DNA from: Candidatus Marinacidobacterales bacterium
GTDB lineage: Bacteria; Acidobacteriota; Vicinamibacteria; Marinacidobacterales; SMYC01
Direction: 5' to 3'
Assembly: GCA_965224085.1 (NCBI GenBank)
Contig: CBDCYI010000005.1
Span: forward strand, 960,001 to 1,024,000
DNA: 64,000 bases
In this document: one piece after another, positions 9,594 to 18,417 of the stretch
Numbering within the stretch: position 1 is the stretch's first letter
Layout: each line of letters starts with the position of its first letter
The notes under the pieces: model-generated
The model's database searches: none
What the model saw: only the letters and a program-made list of their open reading frames with translations
What the model was told of the DNA's origin: nothing
Translations under genes and position numbers: made by a program

Positions 9594-10520
9594 CTACTGT
9601 GACGTCCCGGGATCGACAAGACCCCTTTCACGACGTAGCCGTTCGATGAATCCACCCCTTCGGCCGTAGCGCAGGAGATTCATGACTCCCCGTGGATTGA
9701 AGTGGAGAGCGATAGCGGCTCGTTTGATGAGGTTGACGAGGGATCTCTTTAGCAACGCCGCCACTCCGAGATCGAGACTATCGATGGCGTAGTTTCGCGC
9801 GATCGCGGTCGATTCCCGCTCGCGGAAGTCGGGCTCGCTCACGAGGCGGTTGTAGAGCGCCTCGTTTTCTAGGAATTCGCGCTTTGCATAGAGTCCGGGA
9901 CGGTTCGAGCTTTCGACTGCAACCACCGTCAGTTGCGGAATCCCGCGAATCGTCTTCCCCGCCCGCCAGGCGCGGTAGAGCCAGTCGCCCGAGGGCACGT
10001 CGAACGTCTCCCGATAGGAGCGCCAGGGGCCGACCTCCTCTATAGCCTCGCGGCGGATCACCCAGCTTGACGCGCGTACATCCATGTACGGTGCGAACGT
10101 TTGATCGGGGACCACGCTGCTCAGCCAGTTCGGCCCGTCTGCCCTCACTACTTCGACCATGGAAAAAACAACATCCGCCTCGTGGGTTTCCACCTCTCGC
10201 ACACAACTTTCCAAATGATCCGTCAGCCAAAGATCGTCGTGGTTGAGGTACGCGATGTAGCGGCCGCTGGAGCGCCGAAACCCCTCGTTGTTGGGGCCTG
10301 ACTGGTCGCCGACGTTTCGAGGCAAATTTACGAAGCGGATTCTCGGGTCGTCAAAGGAGCTCATGACTTCCTGTGTATCATCGGTGCAAGCGTCTCCCAC
10401 GACCCACAGCTCCCAGTTCTCCACGGTCTGGCGCACCACGGTGTCGATACAGAACGGGAGAATGTTGCTGCGGTTGTAGGTAGCCATGATGACGGAGACC
10501 AAGGGCGACGTATCCTTCAT
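9594..10520 (-). CDS. Glycosyltransferase family 2
   Basis: PLVSVIMATYNR, VVGDACTDDT, YIAYLNHDDLW (DxD-like). Confidence 0.9.
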   Translation of the reverse strand: MKDTSPLVSVIMATYNRSNILPFCIDTVVRQTVENWELWVVGDACTDDTQEVMSSFDDPRIRFVNLPRNVGDQSGPNNEGFRRSSGRYIAYLNHDDLWLTDHLESCVREVETHEADVVFSMVEVVRADGPNWLSSVVPDQTFAPYMDVRASSWVIRREAIEEVGPWRSYRETFDVPSGDWLYRAWRAGKTIRGIPQLTVVAVESSNRPGLYAKREFLENEALYNRLVSEPDFRERESTAIARNYAIDSLDLGVAALLKRSLVNLIKRAAIALHFNPRGVMNLLRYGRRGGFIERLRRERGLVDPGTSQ

Positions 10521-10610
10521 GTCGATCAGCGGGGGCGTTGGGGATGGGATTATAGGCTAGGCTGGCTCCGTTCACCAGTTTTGGCCAATTCGGTACCCGG
10601 ACGGGCCCTG

Positions 10611-11479
10611 GTAGGGTCTCTGGCTGGCGCGGTAGATGTAGGTAAGGGGAGTAGCTGTTGCCGGCGGCTTTCGCCAAGTGCCGGTGCCTCAGTCCTTACC
10701 ATGTCCCCGTTTCCAGCCCCCGCCGCGTCGCACGCAGCATGCGGATTTCCCGCACTACGCGCTCCTGCACACTTCTGGTCAAGGGTTATGTGACCTATCC
10801 TGCGGGGGCAACTGTCGGCGAGAATCCAAAATCGTAGATCCCCCGTCGACTCCATCGCTTCCCGCCAAACTCTTGACGCAATAAAGCACCAGGACGGTTC
10901 GGCCTTCGCCTTGACGTATATCCTTCGTCTCAGCTCCTGCAGACTGACGGATGAGTTTGTCATCTCACCCCTGCCTCACTTGTCGAACGAAGGATCGGTG
11001 TGCAGCAGGGCCCCTTTGCTCCACAGGCGTTACCCCGCTTCAACGCTATTACGGACCCAGCCGCCACCGTCTCGTCTTCAGCCGATTTCCCGGGGGCGCC
11101 GGTTATACGACTTACCTTGCTCCAGACATTTCTGCCTGGGACGAGGACGGCTTCTCCAGTTGCTTGGCATGTCCTTGTCACCGTGCTGTCCCTACCACCC
11201 CGCCGGAGTGGCTCGCCGCGACAGTCAGATTGCGACCAGCCATGCTGCCTTCACCCGAAGAGAGAGGGCTCGGCCTCCGGACCTTTAAATTATCGAGGCC
11301 ACCTGTGGGTTCACTTGCGTTACGGCCCGGTAACTCGCTCACCATCCTAAAGATGGCTTTGTCAGTCAGCTTCTTCCCCTTCGTTTCCTCCACGAACGTG
11401 ACTTAAGCTACGGGGCTTCTGACTCTTGCCCCGGTGGGACTTGTCTCCCACTGAACATGCCAGCCTTCACTGGACGCAC
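10611..11479 (-). ncRNA. Group II intron with internally deleted RT/maturase ORF
   Basis: 5' GTGCG at 11479; domain V-like GCGCGTAGTGCGGGAAATCCGCATGCTGCGTGC; ends ...CCCTAC at 10611; RT stub MTNSSVSLQELRRRIYVKAKAEPSW joined to C-terminal RQEFGGKRWSRR. Confidence 0.88.
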
Positions 11480-11831
11480 TCCCTTTCATTTATTCATCCG
11501 GGCGCGTCGCAGTTGATCGTTCACGCACGGCGGCTCAGCATCCCGGCATGATTTGGGTGTTTCTTCGCTCGCTCATCTTGGCGTTCAAGACTCGTCGCGA
11601 GATGGGGCGAGTGACTGTCGTTCCCAAGGTCGGCGGCCTCCATCACTATCACAGTCGTCTCGCTGCTTGAGCTCGCTGCGCTTGACGCGGTATCCCTGGG
11701 ACACGAGGCGCAGCGTTCCTGGGCGGGCTTCGAGCCCGCGATCACCGTGATGCTGCCCGAAGCGATTGAAATGAACTCAGTCCGGGGCGAGAAGCGCTTT
11801 ACCTCCGCGGATCGAATTTATGGAAGGAACT
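11480..11831 (+). mobile_element. MITE-like internally deleted integrase-core IS; its terminal TG is displaced to 10609-10610 by the intron
   Basis: Left end (TG)TCCCTTTCATTTATTCATCC; 40-aa in-frame N+C fusion 11548-11670 MIWVFLRSLILAFKTRRE|MGRVTVVPKVGGLHHYHSRLAA; right end GGATCGAATTTATGGAAGGAACT. Confidence 0.75.
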
Positions 11832-11952
11832 GGGGAGAGCGATGGCGGAAAAGCAATGTAGTATGCGCAGGTCGGTAGGAGCGAGAGCGGAAAACTGGTA
11901 GCATCTTCCGTCTGGCCGGCTTTTATCACTCTCGAGCGGAAAGGGTACGGAA

Positions 11953-12264
11953 ATGCCCGTCCCGCGATGGTTCGAAGCTACGTTTCTCGAAGCCGAACAG
12001 AGTACCGCTGCTGTCGACTTCACCCATCTTGGAGAACAGTTCGGGCTACGGATCGAGGAAGTAGTACGTCCGCGCGAGCTGAAGAAATGGTGGAGCCTCA
12101 CCAGCGAGTGGGCCGATCCGAAGGCCGTCGAGCCGAATCGCCTCGGCGATACGGAAAGCAAGATCCTGTCCTTTCTCGAGCAAGAATGCAGCGCCTGCAT
12201 GGCCCGCGTCCCCGAGGACAAGCGGGCCGACTTCTTGCGGGGCGTCTGGGCAAAAAGGAACTGA
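11953..12264 (+). CDS. Small hypothetical protein
   Basis: 103-aa ORF with plausible RBS (AAGGG) and protein-like composition. Confidence 0.5.
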   Translation: MPVPRWFEATFLEAEQSTAAVDFTHLGEQFGLRIEEVVRPRELKKWWSLTSEWADPKAVEPNRLGDTESKILSFLEQECSACMARVPEDKRADFLRGVWAKRN

Positions 12265-12850
12265 GCGGGTGCGCTCCATCGCCTAAAGGCGATGGGTTCG
12301 CGGGCGACTAAAGTCGCCTAAAGGCGCACGGCGGAGGATTACTCGCTTACCCTGAACGACTCGTCGTCTTCCGGCAGCCCTCCTTGCAGCTCGATGTACT
12401 TGGCCACAACCTCATCGGTCACGTTTCCGCTCGTCGCTACAAAATAGCCGCGCGCCCACAGGTGCCGACCCCAAAACTTCTTGCGGATCGCTCGAAAATC
12501 ACGCATCAGCTTGTGCGATGTCTTCCCCTTGATCGCCTGCATTACTCGGCTCGGCGACAGCCGTGGCGGCACGCTCAGCAACAGATGAACGTGCTCTGGC
12601 CGTACATGGCCCTTCAGTATTTCTATGTGGTGCGTCGCACAGATCTCTCTTATCAACTCCCGCAGGCGAAGTGCTACATCTCCTCTCAATACCGGCTTGC
12701 GGTACTTCGGGATGAATACGAAATGGTAGTTTAATTGATACGTCGTGTGCGATGATTTCCGATATCCTTTCATCCGGGGATCGTACCGCAAGCCTCCTAA
12801 AGGCTTCGCCTGAAGGCGAGGGGTTTCAACCATCCCCGAGTGAGACACTA
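12262..12850 (-). mobile_element. IS200-type element (tnpA only), ends approximate
   Basis: Subterminal hairpins CTCGCCTTCAGGCGAAG (left) and CGCCTTTAGGCG / CGACTTTAGTCG / CCATCGCCTTTAGGCGATGG (right); no tnpB. Confidence 0.85.
12339..12773 (-). CDS. tnpA: IS200/IS605 Y1 HUH transposase
   Basis: YHFVFIPKYRK, EHVHLL (HUH), LWARGYF, VAKYIE catalytic Tyr. Confidence 0.95.
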   Translation of the reverse strand: MKGYRKSSHTTYQLNYHFVFIPKYRKPVLRGDVALRLRELIREICATHHIEILKGHVRPEHVHLLLSVPPRLSPSRVMQAIKGKTSHKLMRDFRAIRKKFWGRHLWARGYFVATSGNVTDEVVAKYIELQGGLPEDDESFRVSE

Positions 12851-13094
12851 ACCGCTCTTCTCCGTCGAGGAATCTCGACCACGGCGGCGCTGACGATCAC
12901 ACGCCACTCTAGCACCTTAGGCTCCGATGTATCTCAACGGACCTTTCAGAATTGGCACGTCACGCGGCGACTGGCAAGTCGTCGAATGCTCCGCTCAGCC
13001 GGAACAGCAGGACGCAATGGACGCGGTTATTCTTGGTGCCAAAGCCGTGAGCCCCTAAGGGTCACCAAGTGTTCCCGCCCATGAGTACACGCAT

Positions 13095-13186
13095 CGTGCT
13101 GGAGGGTGCGTTCGATGTAGGGAACGGCTCGGCGGAGTGCTCAAATGCTACTACCGAGACGCGGCATGAGTTATTTGACCAGACGA
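13095..13186 (+). mobile_element. 3' stub of another integrase-core IS
   Basis: VRCRERLGGVLKCYYRDAA* followed by end-like GAGTTATTTGACCAGACG. Confidence 0.55.
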
Positions 13187-13248
13187 CCTCGTCCATTCAA
13201 TGTTGATCGCTCGTGCGCCTCCTCGAGACGCTCACGACCTGCATCCGC

Positions 13249-13520
13249 TTAGGCGCCGGGCACATACGTTCTGTAGAGCGTGTACAGTTTTCCCGCACCG
13301 GGCGATCCGACCTTGTCGTAATCCGTGTGGAAAGCGATGGAGGAGAGCCCGCGAGTCACAAAACCGAGCGTGTCGTTGAAACGCGGGACTGGGCCAACCG
13401 ACGCCAGATCCAGGAATACACCGAAGAATGCCCCCGTCGACGAAAACGCCAAGATCTTCCCTTCGTTCATGCTCACAAAGATCCGTCCGGATCCGTCTTT
13501 CGGGTGGTCGAATCCTTGGA
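13249..13520 (-). pseudogene. Fragment of glucose/sorbosone dehydrogenase-like beta-propeller
   Basis: DGSGRIFV..EGKI..VFLDL..RGLSSIAFHTDY..GKLYT pattern; no start or end. Confidence 0.5.
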
Positions 13521-13524
13521 CTCC

Positions 13525-13940
13525 TCGTTGGAGTGAAAAATGGCAAACGGTTCCGAGTGGTCGATGTGGAGCCCTGCCGCGCCGTACATCGCCTCCCGTC
13601 ACGGCCTCGATAGACGCATTGGTACCCGTCACGTTCGTGGACGCGCCCGACAACCTCGGCGGCAACATGTCGAGACTTGGCGGGCTCGTCTTTTTTAGCC
13701 ATCTCGTTGAGCGAGATGTGGCGCGGAGGCTCGCTGTTTTTTTCTCCGCCGCTCGAGCTTCCTCTTCGGGTCGTTCTTCTCGAGGGCGATGTCGAGGGCC
13801 TTCGCAAAAACCTCGGCCATATGTTTCTGAGCATTCTCGACGCCAATGACTTCCGCGAGTCGCTCGAACTTGTCCTTGAAATCCCGATCTGCTGAAAAGC
13901 GGAAGTTGAAGACCTCCGGACGAGCGGCTGCAGAAGAATA
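13525..13940 (-). pseudogene. HNH endonuclease remnant, frameshifted
   Basis: SRHVAAEVVGRVHERDGYQCVYRGRDGRRCTA..HIDH split across frames. Confidence 0.65.
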
Positions 13941-14165
13941 GGAAGGCAGCAGTGACCTATACTGCTGCGTGAACTCTATTTTCAGACGTGACCGCAACGC
14001 GAGGCATTTTGACGCGCAAAACGGGTCAAGCTTTTTTTCCTTTTCTTATCGTCAGGGACCGCTCGCGACACCCATTCCTCGGCGACGGCATCTCTCTCGA
14101 GCTGACTGGCATCGTCTCAGGAGATTTCGCCCACGAGACGTGCTATCGTCCCCGAATCGAAGCGT

Positions 14166-15188
14166 GTGTCGAGGAGGTTTTGCGTGGTCCGTCAACGTGT
14201 CACCTGGTTCCATGCCGGAGCCGTGGCTCTCGGCTCCCTTGTCCTTGCCGCCTCGCTGCTCGCCGGCCAATCCGAAACGCCGCGCACACCGTGGGGGGAT
14301 CCCGATCTCCAAGGGGTGTGGGCCAATAACAGTGCCACACCGCTCCAGCGGCCTCAGGCCTTTGGCGACAAAGCCACGCTGAGCGACGAGGAGCTTGCCG
14401 CGCTCAAAGCGAAAGCCGCAGAGGTCATCGACGGCGGCGACGCGTTTTTTGGGGACGATCTGATTCGGGCGGCCCTCGCGGACGGCACCGATTTCCGCTC
14501 CTTCGACGGGAACACCGGGAACTACGACCAGACGTGGCTCGTGGAAAGAGAGATCGAGAGCCGGACGTCTCTGATCATCGATCCCCCCAATGGCCGGTTG
14601 CCCGAGATGACTCCGGAGGGAAAGAAATGAAGCGGCAAAGCAACGAAAGGGTTTCTCGGGATCGAACCGGCCGGGCCGGAGGACTTGAGCAATGGAGTGC
14701 GTTGCATCACGTGGGGTGCGCCCAACATGCTCGCGGGCTACAACAGTTATTTCCAGATTCTTCAGACTCCCGATCACGTCGTGATCCTGCAGGAGATCGC
14801 CCACGAAGTGCGGATCATTCCGATGGGCGGACGCCCGCATCTCGACGACCACGTTCGTCCGTGGCTCGGGGATTCTCGCGGCCACTGGGAAGGCGACACG
14901 CTCGTCGTCGAGACCACGAATTTCTCTCCCAAGAGTTTCTTCAAAGGTACTGCCGAGAATCTTCACCTCGTCGAGCGCTTCACCCGCGTCGACGCCGAGA
15001 CGATTACCTGGGGGATCTCGGTCACCGACCCGACCACCTACGCGCGTCCCTGGACAGCGATGGTCCCTTTGAAGAGTAGTACGGATGCGATTTACGAGTA
15101 CGCCTGCCACGAAGGCAATTACGGACTCGAAGGCGTTCTGAAAGCCGCGCGCGTCGACGACAAAGCGGCGAAAAAGGCGTCGAAGTGA
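14166..15188 (+). pseudogene. Acidobacterial secreted protein with one in-frame TGA (14628-14630)
   Basis: PRTPWGDPDLQGVW...DPPNGRLP then same frame RCITWG...GDSRGHWEGDTLVVETTNF...YEYACHEGN. Confidence 0.75.
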
Positions 15189-15694
15189 GCCGGGTTGCGG
15201 CCGGGCTCGTCCTCGCGAGCACCCTCTTGTTCGCAAGCTGCGGGGAGGACCGTTCGGGGCCACCGTACAAGCCGATGGTGGACGTCAAAGGCCTCATGAT
15301 CTCGATTGTCGACCCCGCGGCCGCCGTTCTATGGGATTCGGTTGGGACGATCATTACCATAGAGGGCGTTGACGAGTGGTATCCCGAGACGGATGAGGAA
15401 TGGGCCGAGGTAAGAAACGCCGCCGTCGTCCTCATGGAGTCGGGGAATTTGTTAATGATGGGCGATCGCGCGCGCGACCAGGAAACGTGGATGCGCCTCT
15501 CGCTCGCGATGATCGACGCCGGCGAGGCCGCGCTCAAGGCGGCAGAGGCGAGAGATCCCGAAGAAATTTTTGCCATCGGCGAGCAAATTTACTTTGCCTG
15601 CGATCGATGCCACGGCATTTATTGGATCGGCGACGAAGATCGCGGTCGGATTCGGGACACACCCAGAAGCCGCGGTGAGACGAACGGAGAGTGA
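15185..15694 (+). CDS. Cytochrome c'-like (class II) lipoprotein
   Basis: Lipobox FASC, helical body, C-terminal CDRCH heme motif. Confidence 0.75.
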   Translation: MSRVAAGLVLASTLLFASCGEDRSGPPYKPMVDVKGLMISIVDPAAAVLWDSVGTIITIEGVDEWYPETDEEWAEVRNAAVVLMESGNLLMMGDRARDQETWMRLSLAMIDAGEAALKAAEARDPEEIFAIGEQIYFACDRCHGIYWIGDEDRGRIRDTPRSRGETNGE

Positions 15695-15798
15695 CTTTGG
15701 GACGTGACGTAAAAGCTCTCTGGGAGGCGGGAAATGCCATCATGGACGCTTGCGAGACCTGCCACGCAACGTACTTGTTCCCCGAAGACGGCTCGTAA
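15691..15798 (+). pseudogene. 35-aa remnant of a second cytochrome c' paralog
   Basis: GTGA-coupled ORF VTLGRDVKALWEAGNAIMDACETCHATYLFPEDGS aligns with the upstream RDPEEIFAIGEQIYFACDRCHGIY. Confidence 0.65.
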
Positions 15799-15856
15799 GA
15801 AGGTAACGGCAGCCATCTCACCTTCCCCGACTCCACGGAACTCGATCCAAATTCCG

Positions 15857-17458
15857 ATGCGTCTTCCTGCAACGATGCTGGCTGCGCTCTCCTTCGCGAA
15901 CTGTCAGTCCGCGCTCGATCCCGACGCGCCGAAGCTCGCGCATCTCGTCATGGCATGGGACGGAACCCGAGAGCCCGCGTCACTCGACGGCCATATCGAA
16001 CCCTATCAGCCCGCGTGGCTCATCGACTCGCTCATCGCCGACCCGCTCCTGATTCTCGGACCGGACGGGGCCTATCATCCCGCCCTCGCGACGAGCTGGA
16101 CGTCCTCGCCGGAGGCGGACGCGTGGACGTTCACGCTGCGTGACGACGTGACGTTTCAAGACGGGACGCCTTTCGATGCGGAAGCGGTCAAGTACAACGT
16201 CGAGCGCATCCTCGCGCCGGAAACGCAGTCCGCGGAAATGGCGGCGCAAATCGGTCCGGTCGATCGCGTCGAGGTCGTGGACGCCACTACCGTCACTTTG
16301 CACTACAAAGTGCCGTGGGTGACGGTGCTCGATGCCTTCCGGCGCGCACCCATCTGGTCTCCGACCGCGGCCGAGAAATGGGGGCTTCACGAGTTCGCGA
16401 AACACCTCGTAGGTGCGGGCCCTTTCACGCTTTCGGAATGGGCACCGAACGATCACGTCACTGTAGAGAAATGGGACGGCTACGGCGGCTGGAACAGCAT
16501 CAGCGAGCATGGCGGCCCGGCGCATCTCGACCGCGTCACCATACGGTTCATCAGCGAAGAAGCCGTGCTCGGCAACGTCGTCCGAACGGGTGACGCGCAC
16601 ATTGCGATGAACCTACCCGCGACCTATGTCGAGGACTATCGCGATCGCGAAGGCTTCCGGCTCGTGCAGGGGTTTCAGGCGGGGACGGGGCTCTCGATGA
16701 TGATGAACACGCGCCTAGCGCCGTGGAACATTCTAGAGTTTCGCCAAGCGTTGCTCTACGGAACGGATCAAAAAGCCGTCAACGACCTCCTCTTCGATGG
16801 TAGCTATCTGATTGCCGACGGTCCGCTCAACACGGTGCACCCGTGCTATTGGGACGGTAACGCGGACTATTACCCGCATGACAAAGACAAAGCGGGAGCG
16901 CTTCTCGAAGAAGTCGGCTACGTCGATCGGGACGGCGACGGCGTGCGCGAGGCTCACGGGGTTGAAGGGGTCGAGGACGGAACACCGCTCGCGTTCCGAT
17001 GGACGATCCTGCACTATGAGGAGATCGGAGAAGCCGTGCAAACGCAGTGGCGCAAGCTCGGGATTGCGCTCACGATCGAGAAGATTCCCGGTCCGGTGCA
17101 GCTCGAGAGAGTCAACCGTCGCGATTTCGATCTCATCTACGAACGGCAGCGAAGCCCGGACCCGATGCTTCTCGACATGGTGTGGAACTCCGCGCACGAC
17201 GTCGTCGGCGGATGGGCGTGGAGCGGCTATGTCGATCCGGAACTCGATGGAGTCGTGGCTCAATTGCGGGTGGTGCCCGATCCCGACGCACGCTGCGAGA
17301 TCGCGAAGACAGCGCAAAAAATAGTCATGGACAACGCGCTGATGCTCCCCACGCTCAGCGAGCCGATCTTTTACGCCGTGTCGTCCAAGGTCACGGGGTT
17401 CGAGCTTTCATCCGAAGGCCAGTTCTTCTTTCTTCACAACACCCGAATTAGCGACTGA
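15857..17458 (+). CDS. ABC transporter substrate-binding protein, family 5 (Opp/Dpp-like)
   Basis: PALATSW, WTFTLRDDVTFQDGTPFDAEAVKYN, VGAGPFTL; lipobox-like FANC. Confidence 0.92.
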   Translation: MRLPATMLAALSFANCQSALDPDAPKLAHLVMAWDGTREPASLDGHIEPYQPAWLIDSLIADPLLILGPDGAYHPALATSWTSSPEADAWTFTLRDDVTFQDGTPFDAEAVKYNVERILAPETQSAEMAAQIGPVDRVEVVDATTVTLHYKVPWVTVLDAFRRAPIWSPTAAEKWGLHEFAKHLVGAGPFTLSEWAPNDHVTVEKWDGYGGWNSISEHGGPAHLDRVTIRFISEEAVLGNVVRTGDAHIAMNLPATYVEDYRDREGFRLVQGFQAGTGLSMMMNTRLAPWNILEFRQALLYGTDQKAVNDLLFDGSYLIADGPLNTVHPCYWDGNADYYPHDKDKAGALLEEVGYVDRDGDGVREAHGVEGVEDGTPLAFRWTILHYEEIGEAVQTQWRKLGIALTIEKIPGPVQLERVNRRDFDLIYERQRSPDPMLLDMVWNSAHDVVGGWAWSGYVDPELDGVVAQLRVVPDPDARCEIAKTAQKIVMDNALMLPTLSEPIFYAVSSKVTGFELSSEGQFFFLHNTRISD

Positions 17459-17465
17459 TGGACTG

Positions 17466-18413
17466 ATGCTGGCCCGATACATCGCGCGGCGGGCAGCACA
17501 GCTCGTGCCCGTGCTTTTCTTGGTCTCACTGATGATCTTCTCGATCATGCACGCGCTTCCGGGCGATCCGGTTCAGTTGATGCTCGCGGGTGCGGAGAGT
17601 GGCGCCGTTACGCCCGAGCGCCAGGAAGAGCTGCGCGAGCTCATGGGTTTGAACGACCCGCTCTACGTGCAGTACTTCCGGTTCATCGGGGGTGCTTTGA
17701 CCGGCGATCTCGGTAACTCCGTCCGCCTTCGCGAGCCCGTGCTCGACCTCATTCTGGAGCGACTCGGCTCGACGCTCGCGCTCGCACTCGGCGGGATCGC
17801 GGTCGCCGTCTCCATCGGAATGTCGACCGGTGTCCTCGCCGCGCTCAAACAAGGCTCGTGGGTCGACACCGCCAGCTTGGTCCTCGCCTATGCCGGCGTG
17901 TCGCTGCCTCTTTTTTGGCTCGGCCTGCTCCTCATTCTCGTCTTCTCGTTCTGGCTCGGCTGGTTCCCGCCCGCGGGTGCTATCGGCTTTCGCTCGCTCG
18001 TTCTCCCGAGCGTGACGCTCGGTCTCGTCTCGGCGGGCGTCATCAGCCGCCTGACGCGCTCGTCCCTCGTCGAAGTGCTCGTCGAGGACTACATGCGCAC
18101 TGCGCGCTCGAAGGGCCTCCCGGCGCGTATCGTCTATCTCCGCCACGCGCTCCGAAACGCGCTCTTGCCGGTGCTGACCATCGTCGGGCTCCAGTTCGGA
18201 GCGATGCTCTCGGGCACGGTCGTGACCGAGACCGTTTTCAGCAGGCCAGGGCTAGGACGTCTTGTCGTGAGCGCCATCCTGTGGCAGGACTACCCGCTCG
18301 TTCAAGGGATCGTCTTGTTCATGGCGACGATCTATGTCCTCGTCAACTTGCTCGTTGACATCAGCTACGCGTGGCTGGATCCGCGGATCCGCTACGGCGA
18401 CGCCGCGGGATAG
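17466..18413 (+). CDS. ABC transporter permease (DppB-like)
   Basis: LPGDP, GDLGNS, EDYMRTARSKGL (EAA loop), ETVFSRPGLG, DYPLVQG. Confidence 0.93.
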   Translation: MLARYIARRAAQLVPVLFLVSLMIFSIMHALPGDPVQLMLAGAESGAVTPERQEELRELMGLNDPLYVQYFRFIGGALTGDLGNSVRLREPVLDLILERLGSTLALALGGIAVAVSIGMSTGVLAALKQGSWVDTASLVLAYAGVSLPLFWLGLLLILVFSFWLGWFPPAGAIGFRSLVLPSVTLGLVSAGVISRLTRSSLVEVLVEDYMRTARSKGLPARIVYLRHALRNALLPVLTIVGLQFGAMLSGTVVTETVFSRPGLGRLVVSAILWQDYPLVQGIVLFMATIYVLVNLLVDISYAWLDPRIRYGDAAG

Positions 18414-18417
18414 AACC

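Noticed and set aside
10550-10963. 137-aa ORF as a real protein, or a retron/DGR RT
   Set aside because: It is the RT stub reading through intron domains V-VI; no YADD motif or template repeat
12262-12850. Possible TnpB/omega-RNA system
   Set aside because: Only tnpA lies between the hairpin ends; no tnpB or iscB ORF
12928-13000. GGACCTTTCAGAATTGGCAC next to an ...PVAA* stub, maybe another IS end
   Set aside because: Too short to assign a family without a search
15700-15850. Possible riboswitch upstream of the ABC operon
   Set aside because: Sequence is explained by the cytochrome c' remnant; no recognisable aptamer
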